The notes: generated by a model not told the origin, from the sequence alone. 64,000 nucleotides of DNA from Bdellovibrionales bacterium RIFOXYA1_FULL_36_14 (GCA_001769975.1 MEPW01000007.1:34734-98733); one strand, 5' to 3'; positions 1 to 9,819 are shown, counted from the first letter of the stretch. Numbers and translations are program-made.

Positions 1-175
1 GGTCCCATTGGGCCAACAGCTCCTACATCACCTTTTATACCTTGAAGACCTTGTGGTCCCATTGGGCCAACAGCTCCTACATCACCTTTTATTCCTTGAA
101 GACCTTGTAGTCCCATTGGGCCAACAGCTCCTACATCACCTTTTATTCCTTGAAGACCTTGTGGTCCCATTGGAC
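1..175. repeat. 54-bp in-frame tandem repeat inside the collagen-like gene
   Basis: Units 1-54, 55-108 and 109-162 are nearly identical (1-2 mismatches each). A diverged fourth unit starts at 163. Each unit encodes 18 aa, six GXY triplets ([18 protein letters not shown]). The array probably continues beyond the window edge. Confidence 0.9.
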
Positions 176-806
176 CGACAGGCCCCATTTCTCCAGCAAT
201 ACCTTGTGGGCCGACTTCTCCCGGATCACCTTTTTCACCAGCTGGACCTTGCGGCCCCATTGGCCCCACTTCGCCTTGAACACCTTGAATATATGATGGA
301 TCAATTGGGACCCATGATGAACCATCGAATCCTAGTAGATCTCCTGCATTGGGATCTATTTGGGGGAAGATCAATTCATGGCCATTATGATTAGGTGTAA
401 TGAAGACAATATTGACACTCAGATGAATGGAATTATAAAGACGCTTCTTAATAACTCCCATTCCCAAGCTTTTTTTCACTTCGACTTCGTCCCCAGGTTG
501 AAAACCGTTGGAACAATCATAAAAGTCTAGATCCTCAATACCAATTACGTTGCCACTATGATAACGACACTCAATTTTATCATCAATAATCAAAGACACC
601 GTTGTACCGCCAAAAGCTCCATACCCTTTTGTGACATCTATTTCATCGGGAATGAGCATAACTCCACTTACCTTTTTAACCACAAATTTATTGCCATAAA
701 TCCCACTGCTCAGTTTGAGTTCCATTCCGAGCGTTGATTCTTTAGCTTGAATAATAAGGGATAAAAGAAGTGGCACACAAAATAGAAGAACTTTGGTTTT
801 ACACAT
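1..806 (-). CDS. Secreted collagen-like (Gly-X-Y) repeat protein, 3' end outside the window
   Basis: Absent from the ORF track because it runs off the left edge. Minus-strand ATG at 806..804 gives the signal-like N-terminus [22 protein letters not shown] globular region of about 174 aa follows. Uninterrupted GXY triplets then run from nt 284 to nt 1 ([58 protein letters not shown]...). Confidence 0.8.
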   Translation of the reverse strand, partial: MCKTKVLLFCVPLLLSLIIQAKESTLGMELKLSSGIYGNKFVVKKVSGVMLIPDEIDVTKGYGAFGGTTVSLIIDDKIECRYHSGNVIGIEDLDFYDCSNGFQPGDEVEVKKSLGMGVIKKRLYNSIHLSVNIVFITPNHNGHELIFPQIDPNAGDLLGFDGSSWVPIDPSYIQGVQGEVGPMGPQGPAGEKGDPGEVGPQGIAGEMGPVGPMGPQGLQGIKGDVGAVGPMGLQGLQGIKGDVGAVGPMGPQGLQGIKGDVGAVGPMG

Positions 807-1046
807 ACGTGCCCCCGTTTGATTACATAACTACTGTTAAAGGTTTAAACTACTACTTTCCATATTACCCCCTGTCTTGAGCTACAAGCATGATACCGGT
901 CAGTTAATCGAAAAACCTTCTTTAAATCAGCAGGTTAAAATAATTTTAATTATTTTAAAAAATATTTATTTAATTTACTAACTTGTTAATTACAGATGTA
1001 CTTACACAAAATTTGGGCGAAAAATTGAAAACTCAAGAAAAAAAGA

Positions 1047-2111
1047 TTAGATTTTACTACCATCCATCCTACGTTCTACTATAGAGGTGGCGTTTCTTAA
1101 AGCCTCTAGATTTTCTTGCGCAGAAGAAGAATTTAGGTGAACTTCTAAAAGCTGTTCTGTCGTTCTTTTTTGAAGTCCATATGAATAAAATTTGTCGTAG
1201 TAATCTAATAATTTTATACAGGCACTATTGATATCATCATTTTTTATTAAAGTAATAATGTCCAGATGAGTCTGTCCACCCAATTTCATTTTAATTGAAT
1301 CGCAAGCATTAATTAACAAATTTTTATCGGTGCTTTTGTAATCTTTAAGAAGCTGATTTACTCTGACTTCGTTGGGTACATTGATACAAATCACTGGGGC
1401 ACTTTTCATCTGATTATAAAGCGGTTGGGGAATATGTACATCCCCCACTTTTAAACTTTCATCTTCTATCAAGACGATTTTATCAAAATCAAATTTCTTC
1501 CATACAGAGTAAATATTATTTCCAAATTGTTCATTGGTAGGCTGCGGATGTTCATTGATATGTCCAAAGGCAGAGCCTTTATGATTGGCAATTTTTTCCA
1601 AATCTAGGATCTGCAATCCACACTCCTCAAGCTTATGAAGATATTGAGTTTTCCCACTTCCCGTCAATCCTCCTAAAATAATTATTTTACATTTTTGATT
1701 GAAACCATCCTGAATAATTTTTTTTATTTGCTTATAACCGCCACTAATTTTCGAAGCATTGAGCCCTGCCATATTTAAAAGCCAAACAAAGCTTTCACTG
1801 CGCATTCCTCCTCGAAAACAATAAACATAAATATCCTGCACCTTTTTTGATTTTGCTATATTGCTTGCTTCATCAACAAAACGACTCATTTTAGGGCCGA
1901 CAAATTCCAGTCCCTTTTTTACCGCTTCATCCTTTCCGGTTTGTTTGTAGAGTGTGCCGATGTCTTCACGCTCTTTATCAGAAAAAAGGGGAATATTAAA
2001 TGCCTCTACCAAATGACCTTTTGCAAATTCTATCGGTGATCTCACATCAATAATAACATGATTTTCGCCATTGATTTCATTGTAAGATATTTCTTTAGTT
2101 AAATTTATCAT
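1047..2111 (-). CDS. selU: tRNA 2-selenouridine synthase (rhodanese domain plus P-loop)
   Basis: N-terminal rhodanese-like domain with the active-site loop YCFRGGMRS, followed by the Walker A motif GGLTGSGKT. Its start overlaps the selD stop by 1 nt (TAATG). Confidence 0.8.
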   Translation of the reverse strand: MINLTKEISYNEINGENHVIIDVRSPIEFAKGHLVEAFNIPLFSDKEREDIGTLYKQTGKDEAVKKGLEFVGPKMSRFVDEASNIAKSKKVQDIYVYCFRGGMRSESFVWLLNMAGLNASKISGGYKQIKKIIQDGFNQKCKIIILGGLTGSGKTQYLHKLEECGLQILDLEKIANHKGSAFGHINEHPQPTNEQFGNNIYSVWKKFDFDKIVLIEDESLKVGDVHIPQPLYNQMKSAPVICINVPNEVRVNQLLKDYKSTDKNLLINACDSIKMKLGGQTHLDIITLIKNDDINSACIKLLDYYDKFYSYGLQKRTTEQLLEVHLNSSSAQENLEALRNATSIVERRMDGSKI

Positions 2112-3157
2112 TAAACAAACTTGATGGAAATTTTACGGTTGATATTTTTAATTGACCTACCAACAATTTTCGCCTCCGTCATGCCTTTTTTGTGTAAATC
2201 TTTAAGCACCATCGCTTGCTTCTTTTCTGGTACACTCATTAAAATCCCCCCTGAGGTCTGAGGGTCAAGCACTAATGTCTTATAAACATCTTCCAGCTTT
2301 TCACTGAAAGTAATATTTTGACTGCAATATTTAAAGTTTTTTTCCAACGAACATGGTTTATATTTTTCTTTGGCAATCTTAAAAACCCCCTCGATCAAAG
2401 GAAGCGATTGAGTATCAATCTCAAAACTTACTTTACTCCCTCTGGCAAGTTCCGCCAGGTGCCCAGCAAATCCAAATCCAGTAACATCAGTACCAGCAAC
2501 GATATCATATTTATTCATAACCTCCGCGGCTTTGTTATTAAGTGCTTTCATATAATTTAACGTTTTTTCATAAATTTTCTTATTAACTTTTTTATGTTTA
2601 TGGGCATTGATAATCTGATTGGTTCCCAGAGGTTTAGTTAAAATCAACACTTCACCTGGTTTTGCATTAGTATTAGTTACAATTTTTTTAGGATGAACCA
2701 ATCCGGTAACCGAAAGACCAAAAACGGGAACTTCGTTTTCAATAGAATGTCCTCCCGATAATACAATGCCGGCTTCTTTGGCTTTGTCGTTGGCTCCCAT
2801 AAGAATTTCTTTTAATACTGAAGCATCCAGTTTTGAGATGGGAAATAAGACAATATTTAAAGCAGAGATCGCTTTCCCTCCCATAGCATAGATGTCACTT
2901 AGAGCATTGGCTGCAGCGATCTGTCCAAATTCATAAGGATCAGAACATAGTGGTGGAAAAAAATCAGTTGTTTGAATAATAGCTACATCTTTATTTATTT
3001 TCCACACCGAGGCATCATCGGCGGTTTCACTGCCTACTAATAAATTTTTATGCGTGCCAAAAGGAATATCTTTTAAGATGGATTCCAATACAAAAGCCGG
3101 TATTTTGCTGGCACAACCGCCATTGATTACAAAGTCTAATAAATTAATCTTTGCCAT
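2111..3157 (-). CDS. selD: Selenide, water dikinase (selenophosphate synthetase), Cys type
   Basis: N-terminal catalytic loop NGGCASKIP, with Cys codon TGT at 3115..3113 and Lys three residues later. PurM/AIR-synthase-like body (DDASVW, TTDFF, GGHS). 348 aa. Confidence 0.85.
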   Translation of the reverse strand: MAKINLLDFVINGGCASKIPAFVLESILKDIPFGTHKNLLVGSETADDASVWKINKDVAIIQTTDFFPPLCSDPYEFGQIAAANALSDIYAMGGKAISALNIVLFPISKLDASVLKEILMGANDKAKEAGIVLSGGHSIENEVPVFGLSVTGLVHPKKIVTNTNAKPGEVLILTKPLGTNQIINAHKHKKVNKKIYEKTLNYMKALNNKAAEVMNKYDIVAGTDVTGFGFAGHLAELARGSKVSFEIDTQSLPLIEGVFKIAKEKYKPCSLEKNFKYCSQNITFSEKLEDVYKTLVLDPQTSGGILMSVPEKKQAMVLKDLHKKGMTEAKIVGRSIKNINRKISIKFV

Positions 3158-3159
3158 TT

Positions 3160-4407
3160 TTATTTCCTTATTATTTTTTTTAAAACTTCTACTTTGCCGT
3201 CAATCTGATGTTGATAGGGAGTTTTTAAAATAGCCAGAACAAAAGGATACACATGAATATTATCCAAAGTGTCGATCAACATCCTCTCCTGGATATCTGG
3301 ACCTTTGGCCATAAAAATTCCATGCATAGACTGATTCTCATAAGGATCATATCCGTGATTGCCAACGCTGAAATTATTTTTATCCTTTGTGGATATAATG
3401 AATGGAACTTTAGTATTTACATGGATATCACCAACGTGGGCATGATTATTAAGTTGATATTTCTTAGGTATTTTATCTTTGCGGTAAGCCTTGAAATTTT
3501 TCTTGCACTGATTAAGCTTCGAGACCACTGTCTCAACTTTACTTTTGTCCTTAATATAAAGATTAGAATAAGGCCCATTACCAATTACATTGATATCTTT
3601 TATATCCACACAATCATCCAAATATTCAATTTTGTATTTATCTTGATTTTGCATTCCATGGTCTGACAGTACAATGACATTGACTTTAATCGAAAGCTTT
3701 TCAATTTCTTTCATGAGCTGTCCAAAACTTTGATCCAGTTTCATAACAGTGTCTTTAATTTCTTTTGAATCAGTACCGTGAGAGTGTCCATAATCATCAG
3801 TATCAGGGAAATACAGAGATATTAAGTGTGGTCTGGTTTCATTTGGTTGTTTTAACCAATCTAATACTTGCTTGATACGCACTTCATGAGGTGTAGTGTG
3901 TTCATATTTATACCAGTAAGTCGGATAAAGTCCGTTGATATTAGCTTCTGATCCCGGCCAATAATAAGTAGCAGAAGCCATGCCATTTTTTTGTACAATA
4001 TTCCAAAGAGGTTCTCCGCCATAATAGGATGCATCTGAAATAGCTGCCCGATCAGATAATTTATAATATCTATTATTTTTCTCATCATAAAAACTGTTGG
4101 CAATTATTCCGTGATTACCAGCATATAAACCTGTGACAATTGAATAGTGATTGGGAAAAGTTGAAGAAGGGTAAACCGGTCTAAGGCTTTTCGCCTTCAC
4201 ACCTGACCGATAAAAGGCTGTCAAGTTAGGTGGATTAAAGCGATCAATATAATCATGTCTAAATCCATCGAAGGAAACTATTAGCACGTATGGGTAATCA
4301 ATCTTCGTTGGATCATTCCTAAAGGCAGTTTTTAATTTTGTGCTAGCGCAAGAAGTTAAAAAGATGACAAATACAACTAACAAACTAATTTTAAATAAAC
4401 TTTTCAT
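3160..4407 (-). CDS. Lipoprotein nucleotide pyrophosphatase/phosphodiesterase (NPP, alkaline-phosphatase superfamily)
   Basis: Motifs VSFDGFRHDY, SSTFPNHYSIVTGLYAGNHGI (Thr nucleophile context) and SDHGM. Start trimmed to the internal Met (MKSLFKISLLVVFVIFLTSC, lipobox) rather than the track start at 4509. Confidence 0.75.
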   Translation of the reverse strand: MKSLFKISLLVVFVIFLTSCASTKLKTAFRNDPTKIDYPYVLIVSFDGFRHDYIDRFNPPNLTAFYRSGVKAKSLRPVYPSSTFPNHYSIVTGLYAGNHGIIANSFYDEKNNRYYKLSDRAAISDASYYGGEPLWNIVQKNGMASATYYWPGSEANINGLYPTYWYKYEHTTPHEVRIKQVLDWLKQPNETRPHLISLYFPDTDDYGHSHGTDSKEIKDTVMKLDQSFGQLMKEIEKLSIKVNVIVLSDHGMQNQDKYKIEYLDDCVDIKDINVIGNGPYSNLYIKDKSKVETVVSKLNQCKKNFKAYRKDKIPKKYQLNNHAHVGDIHVNTKVPFIISTKDKNNFSVGNHGYDPYENQSMHGIFMAKGPDIQERMLIDTLDNIHVYPFVLAILKTPYQHQIDGKVEVLKKIIRK

Positions 4408-4539
4408 AAAATCCCCGATTTGTTCAAAACCAAAAGCACTCGTCGGACAATACCCATCCTCGTGTATAATTTCAAGCAAATATCGTAATAAAGACATGGC
4501 AATCAGCACTTATATTAAAGTTAACCAACGGAGATAACA

Positions 4540-5091
4540 ATGAATTCAAAAACACATATAATTCAAGAAATAAAAGGGTTATATAAAATAATTCCAATGA
4601 ATTTTTTAAGAAGAACCCCCGGAGTTTTTTTTGATAATTTAAATGCCGATGCTTTTCCAAGGATAGATAGTATTGACAGGGTGATTCACCTTGGGGGAGC
4701 TATCTCACCAGGTCCCATAGGAGATGTACATAGACCTTGGTATATGCATCCTAACCAAGACGACAATTTAATTGTCTTACACGGCACACGCTATGTGGAT
4801 ATTTATAAACCCGATCATGGAAAAATTGAACAATTTGTCGTTACTCCCAACCAAATTATGAAAAACAATGAAATAATTTTCGATGGACCGGCAATGTTAG
4901 TTTGGCCACGTCAAGTCTTTCATCGAATAGAAAGTTCTAAAGAAACCGGTTCTGCCTCAATAAATTTTGCAACCCATTATGCTGGTTATGATTTAAATGA
5001 TAATTTTAATATCTATGATGTGAATATTGAAACCGGAGAATATCGAGTTATTCGAGAAGGCTTTAAAGATCAAGAACCGGGGGATATGTAA
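4540..5091 (+). CDS. Hypothetical protein, possibly cupin/RmlC-like fold
   Basis: ORF of 183 aa with GGAG 6 nt upstream of the ATG. The segment HPNQDDNLIVLHGTRYVDIY resembles a cupin beta-barrel core. Function not recognised. Confidence 0.5.
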   Translation: MNSKTHIIQEIKGLYKIIPMNFLRRTPGVFFDNLNADAFPRIDSIDRVIHLGGAISPGPIGDVHRPWYMHPNQDDNLIVLHGTRYVDIYKPDHGKIEQFVVTPNQIMKNNEIIFDGPAMLVWPRQVFHRIESSKETGSASINFATHYAGYDLNDNFNIYDVNIETGEYRVIREGFKDQEPGDM

Positions 5092-5094
5092 CAT

Positions 5095-5856
5095 TCAAAA
5101 AAAGAATTTGGGGATTACTTCTTTTAATATTAAACCAATTTGTTCTTTAACCTTTTCGTGAGAAAAGCTGCCATATTCCTCGTAATCGTTTTTAGTTAGG
5201 ATTTGATCAAATATCATTTTCTTACTTTGCACTTTGGCTTCAGTGGTGGACACTGATTCAAGTTTTTTAACTGAAAAATGATAATTAACGATCAAGTTAT
5301 CTTTATCCTTTTTCATTTGCAAAACCAGTCCTTCAACACTGGTCATTTCTCTAGATTTGGGTGGAGAAAGTTTAATTTCAACCATCATATCCTTGCTAAA
5401 TTTTGTTTGTTTAATTTGAAAACGGTGAAAATTGACAAAGACTTCCAAAAAAAATTTCAAAATAGGGGCCATCGCTACGGTTAGTTGAAGCTGTCCGCAT
5501 TCAAATGGATTCCGACTATTTCCATAAACAATATATAAACTCTGTTGGGTATCCGTAATGGGACAATCCTCTTTAAGCAAAAAATTCCATTTCATTGATT
5601 TTTGTTCCCCGGCCTTTAATGAGATCTTGTCATTTACATTAAAAACATCGACTTGAGTAAACCCTTTATCTTCTTTTTGATTAATTTTTTTAAATATACC
5701 ACTTTCAAGACTTACTTGGAGTAAAGAAAGCGTCAGGGAGGACGCACCATGATTTTTGACAATAAAATCTCCTTTGATTGGATCACCTTGCAAATAGATT
5801 TCCTTGTCAGTCACAATTTTAAATTCCAAAGGAGCTGAAAACTTTGTACCTATCAT
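5095..5856 (-). CDS. Hypothetical protein (beta-sandwich, arrestin/SpoOM-like impression only)
   Basis: 253-aa ORF with clean coding appearance. The pattern IYLQGDPIKGDFIVKNHG is reminiscent of arrestin-N-like folds. No catalytic motif recognised. Confidence 0.45.
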   Translation of the reverse strand: MIGTKFSAPLEFKIVTDKEIYLQGDPIKGDFIVKNHGASSLTLSLLQVSLESGIFKKINQKEDKGFTQVDVFNVNDKISLKAGEQKSMKWNFLLKEDCPITDTQQSLYIVYGNSRNPFECGQLQLTVAMAPILKFFLEVFVNFHRFQIKQTKFSKDMMVEIKLSPPKSREMTSVEGLVLQMKKDKDNLIVNYHFSVKKLESVSTTEAKVQSKKMIFDQILTKNDYEEYGSFSHEKVKEQIGLILKEVIPKFFF

Positions 5857-5941
5857 AAATTACTCTCCAAATAATAAAAGAAAGATTAATTCATTTACCA
5901 GCTTTTTACAAGAACACTTCTCGAAGAACAAAAAGACCGCT

Positions 5942-6850
5942 ATGATACTCTCTATGAGAAATACAAAACAAATAGGTTACTTTGCTTTAACCCTGGTTCA
6001 AATATTATTTGGTATAAATTTTATAGCCTCAAAATATCTGCTTAACATTATCCACCCCGTGGTATGGGCCCATGTTCGCTTTAGCATTTCCTTTATTCTT
6101 CTTGGACTATTTGCTAGCCTTTTCCATTTGAAAAAGCATCCGCCACTGAATCTTTCATTTATTGCCCCTCTAATTCCCCTCTCACTGCTTTCATTTCATG
6201 TTGGTCAAACTCTCTTTTTAAAAGGACTGGAATTAACCACCACGACTAATGCAGCAATTATTTCTACCACTATTCCTATCTTTACTGTTCTTGTAGTAGT
6301 TTTTTTTAAAGAAGAAAAATTCACCTTTATAAAAGGCCTGGGCTTTTTGATGGCATTTATAGGAGTTTTAACTTTAAGAAAAGTGGAAAATTTCAGTCTA
6401 TCAAATAATCAATTGTTGGGAGATGTTTATGTTCTCCTAGCTTCTATTTGCTATGCACTTTTTATAGCATTTGGAAAAAAATTCCTAGAAAAATATAACA
6501 ATCTATGGGTTACAGTATGGTTACTAGGTATCAGCTCTTTTACCATGCTGCCTTTTAGCTATTTTTACTGGAAAACTTATAGCATACCAACCATGGATTT
6601 TAATTTTATCATCTCTGCCACTTATTGCATCGTAGGTGCAACTATTCTCACCTATTTTCTAAACAACTACGCCCTCTCGAAATTAAAATCCAGTCAGGTA
6701 GCCTTTTTTATATATCTTCAGCCAGTAGTCGTCAGTATTATTACGTTCTTTTTTATGAACGAAACCATTACCATACGCACCATTATTGCTATTACTTTCA
6801 TTTTTGGTGGGCAAGCTTTGGCCCTCCTAAATTTAAAGAAATTGCATTAG
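5942..6850 (+). CDS. DMT-superfamily transporter (EamA-type, about 10 TM)
   Basis: Repeated hydrophobic helices in two similar halves, typical of the EamA duplication. Start moved to the ATG at 5942 to remove the overlap with the divergent gene. Confidence 0.7.
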   Translation: MILSMRNTKQIGYFALTLVQILFGINFIASKYLLNIIHPVVWAHVRFSISFILLGLFASLFHLKKHPPLNLSFIAPLIPLSLLSFHVGQTLFLKGLELTTTTNAAIISTTIPIFTVLVVVFFKEEKFTFIKGLGFLMAFIGVLTLRKVENFSLSNNQLLGDVYVLLASICYALFIAFGKKFLEKYNNLWVTVWLLGISSFTMLPFSYFYWKTYSIPTMDFNFIISATYCIVGATILTYFLNNYALSKLKSSQVAFFIYLQPVVVSIITFFFMNETITIRTIIAITFIFGGQALALLNLKKLH

Positions 6851-8131
6851 CGGAAACCCCACAGACAACCCCCACATGGAGGCGGCTTTCTCTTCTTTTT
6901 TCCAACTGATATAATTTAATTCCCAAAATATTTTCTTGCCATACCTTACCCAAAAATTTTTGTAGTGATCCTCCACTACCGAAGCGTTGGTAAACAGTCC
7001 CATTATCAAACTATAATTTTTCTTTCCAAAAGGATGCATATAAACTAGTTCAAGCCCTTGAGGATAAATGATCTTGTGATAAGAATTTAAATCTTTGGAA
7101 TATTTTACAGAAAGTCCTTGAAAACCCAGCAGTGGTATAACCAAGAAACGATTATCAAATGCCATGGCCAAATCATAAGCAAAATACATTCCAGCATTAT
7201 TAAAATAGCCATCTTTCCAAACGAAAGCATCAAAGAATCTTAAAGATGAGCCTTGAGTTATATCATATTTACTATAAATCATTCCTGATGGGGCCCAACC
7301 GGATTTTTTAGTCTCTATATTATGATTAGTTTCGTAGTAGTATGGGCCAAGTCCCATGGCAAATTTTAGTCGATGAAGATTTTTAGGTACAGATGCCTTA
7401 ATTGTGATAATACGTTTATCACCTTTTTTACCAGTAACTTTAAATTTAACCGAATGATTGTTTACCATGGTGGCAATATAAGGGGGAAGTGCATGATCAC
7501 CCAAGATATAATTAGCACTGGTCCAATAAATTTCAAGCATACCCGCTTCCCGCTTAAAGCGTCCAATCTTATGCAAAATACAACCGACCGAAATATATTC
7601 ATTATCAAGGCCTTCAATTTGCAAATTGTAGGGGGCACAAGAATAATCAATCATATGATTTTTTTTGGCATCTTTGACTTGGTTTTGCTTGCTAACAATG
7701 GAAATTTTTCCAACATTTTGATTATTAACAAATAGTAAAATATCGTCTGGCTGAAACACTGAAATATAAAATTCTGAAAAAAACAATTTATTGGATGAAT
7801 ATTGAGGCAAAATAATCTGCTCTTGATATTTTAAATACATTTCCTTATCACTTGAATCAATAATAATTTTCACTCTGGCCCGTGGTAATAATAACACCTT
7901 ATTAAACCTCACCCATTCAAAGGAATGCTGGATGATTTCCGCAGAAACTTTAATTCCCTGGGCACTGATGACAAGATCAATATTCTTACTATCAATAGAA
8001 ACCCGGTTTTCGCCAATTTGCATAGGCCCAAATGAAATGGATTCGGCTTTCTGTATTTCAGCCTGCAGACTAGAAATTGAAAGAACGACCAACAAGCTAA
8101 ACAGCCAAAAAATATTATTCATACTACTCAT
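6833..8131 (-). CDS. Hypothetical secreted protein (possible outer-membrane beta-rich protein)
   Basis: Signal peptide MSSMNNIFWLFSLLVVLSISSLQA. The C-terminal half is rich in alternating aromatic and Gly residues. Lies 27 nt downstream of the propeller lipoprotein gene. Confidence 0.55.
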   Translation of the reverse strand: MSSMNNIFWLFSLLVVLSISSLQAEIQKAESISFGPMQIGENRVSIDSKNIDLVISAQGIKVSAEIIQHSFEWVRFNKVLLLPRARVKIIIDSSDKEMYLKYQEQIILPQYSSNKLFFSEFYISVFQPDDILLFVNNQNVGKISIVSKQNQVKDAKKNHMIDYSCAPYNLQIEGLDNEYISVGCILHKIGRFKREAGMLEIYWTSANYILGDHALPPYIATMVNNHSVKFKVTGKKGDKRIITIKASVPKNLHRLKFAMGLGPYYYETNHNIETKKSGWAPSGMIYSKYDITQGSSLRFFDAFVWKDGYFNNAGMYFAYDLAMAFDNRFLVIPLLGFQGLSVKYSKDLNSYHKIIYPQGLELVYMHPFGKKNYSLIMGLFTNASVVEDHYKNFWVRYGKKIFWELNYISWKKEEKAASMWGLSVGFPLMQFL

Positions 8132-8158
8132 ATTAACTGAATTTTTATATTTAACAAA

Positions 8159-9802
8159 CTAGGGAATAATAATAGTTTTAACCAAACCACTATCAACGTG
8201 GGGAGTAAAATTGTTCAGAATTGTTCCGTCTTTAGTAAACACCGCCGCTATTCTTACTTTGGGGACTCCACCTACATCGGTAAAATCACCCGCAATATAA
8301 AGAACCCCAAGCTCAGGTTTTAATACCATTGAGGTAACCCCGAAGGCTGTTCCAGTGACGTTGGGATTAAAGGGCATTAACAATCCTGTATGACTGTCAA
8401 CTGCTGCCAATTTATTTCTAGTTACACCACCTACGGCACTAAAATATCCACCCACGTAAAGAGTTGAAGTCGCTGGGTTAAGCGCTAAAGCTCGCACCGT
8501 ACCGCTAACGGCACTAGTGGTTGCATCAAAAGTAGGAATTAGATCGCCACTATTACCATTAATCAAAGCTAACCTCATTCTGGACACACCACCAAGTCCT
8601 GTAAATTCTCCACCTAAATAAACCACTTCAGAACCAACTGGTGCTGGTGGAGTTAACAACGAATACACGGCACCATTTACATATGGCACAAAGGAACTGT
8701 TTACACTTCCATTCAAGAGTGAAACCGAAGCAAGATTTGGATAGCTGGGACTACCGTCAACCGTAGAGAAGACCCCACCAAAAAATACTTTATTGTTAAC
8801 CACCGAAACACTATATACATCACCTGCAACCGTAGCATCAAACGCTTCATCTAGGCTTCCATCAATAGCATTTAACTTAGCTAATTTGGGTCGAGTTCCA
8901 CTACCGATACTCGAAAAAGCTCCACCAGCAATCAATTTGGTTCCATTTTCCACTACTTTAATTGAGTAGACATCCGCATCGGGAGATGGATTAAAACCAG
9001 TCACCACACCTGTTTCCACATTAATTGCCGCCAGTTTATTTCGGGCAACCCCCTTGACTGCGGTAAAACTTCCTCCTATATAAAGGATTTTATGAATTGG
9101 ATCATAATCCATTGTCTCCACAGATCCACTTACCGTAGCATCCAAGGTGGGCACCAAATTTCCACTAATTAGATCAACTGAAGCTAGTCCTGGGTGAGTC
9201 TGGTAAGCAATACTGGTGAAATTTCCACCGAGAAAGATTCCTTTGTTTACTGCCGGTACCGGCCAGCTGAATAAATTTCCACCACATTTGTCAATTAGAG
9301 TTTTACTAGCAAAACTACCATTTAAATCCAACGCACTTTCTCCTGCCGGAACGTCTTGTAGCTTAGTCGCTAAGATCATAGGTGGAGCTGAATTAATTTT
9401 CATGAAATCATCAATACCAAAAAAAGGCGGACAAGCGGCTAAATGAGTTTCAAAACCAATGAGTTCAAATTTTCTGTTTTTCCCGGCCATCAATTTTACA
9501 TCCAAAATTGCAGGTAGGGTGTAGCTAAACGGCACCGTCCCCACAGCTATGGCAGGTGTTGATACTAATGATCCACTGGCATCCACGCAAGCACCTTCGG
9601 GAGGTATTTCCGTTGGAGGATAAGAGACAAACACCCCGATACAATTTATTTCGCTAATATCATCAGTGCTATCTCCCCAAATCGCTTTATTGAAAGATGG
9701 TTGTTTTTCAATAATCAAACGAACACTGGCATTGTTGGGAGATTTTACTGAACACGCTGATAAAATTAAAAGGAGAGAGATAATATATAATATTTTTTTC
9801 AT
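8159..9802 (-). CDS. Lipoprotein with seven roughly 55-aa beta-propeller-type repeats
   Basis: Lipobox LILSAC. Seven copies of the motif GG-x-F-x-x-[VI]-x-G-x-x-R-x-x-LA-x-[VI], for example YIGGSFTAVKGVARNKLAAIN, YVGGYFSAVGGVTRNKLAAVD and YIAGDFTDVGGVPKVRIAAV. Confidence 0.75.
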   Translation of the reverse strand: MKKILYIISLLLILSACSVKSPNNASVRLIIEKQPSFNKAIWGDSTDDISEINCIGVFVSYPPTEIPPEGACVDASGSLVSTPAIAVGTVPFSYTLPAILDVKLMAGKNRKFELIGFETHLAACPPFFGIDDFMKINSAPPMILATKLQDVPAGESALDLNGSFASKTLIDKCGGNLFSWPVPAVNKGIFLGGNFTSIAYQTHPGLASVDLISGNLVPTLDATVSGSVETMDYDPIHKILYIGGSFTAVKGVARNKLAAINVETGVVTGFNPSPDADVYSIKVVENGTKLIAGGAFSSIGSGTRPKLAKLNAIDGSLDEAFDATVAGDVYSVSVVNNKVFFGGVFSTVDGSPSYPNLASVSLLNGSVNSSFVPYVNGAVYSLLTPPAPVGSEVVYLGGEFTGLGGVSRMRLALINGNSGDLIPTFDATTSAVSGTVRALALNPATSTLYVGGYFSAVGGVTRNKLAAVDSHTGLLMPFNPNVTGTAFGVTSMVLKPELGVLYIAGDFTDVGGVPKVRIAAVFTKDGTILNNFTPHVDSGLVKTIIIP

Positions 9803-9819
9803 AATTATAGATCTTACCT

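Noticed and set aside
8-394. Track ORFs 8..394 (+, 128 aa, Leu/His-rich repeats) and 143..325 (-).
   Set aside because: They are alternative-frame or antisense readings of the Gly-X-Y repeat DNA. The collagen-like frame on the minus strand is continuous from the ATG at 806 to the window edge and explains the periodicity.
3253-3666. Numerous 60-140-aa ORFs antisense to or nested in strong CDS. Examples are 3253..3666, 7373..7735, 17865..18197, 26609..26947, 46770..47081, 54869..55198, 55987..56256 and 60332..60643.
   Set aside because: Each lies wholly inside a longer ORF with recognisable conserved motifs on the other strand or in another frame. They have low-complexity or Ile/Phe/Ser-rich translations typical of AT-rich shadow ORFs.
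3160-4509. N-terminal extensions in the ORF track. Examples are 4509 for the NPP gene, 5804 for the DMT transporter, 14168, 22819, 32114, 38344, 38893, 41827 and 57734.
   Set aside because: Internal ATGs preceded by GGAG-like sequences give canonical signal peptides, lipoboxes or family-typical N-termini and remove overlaps with neighbours. The shorter coordinates are reported instead.
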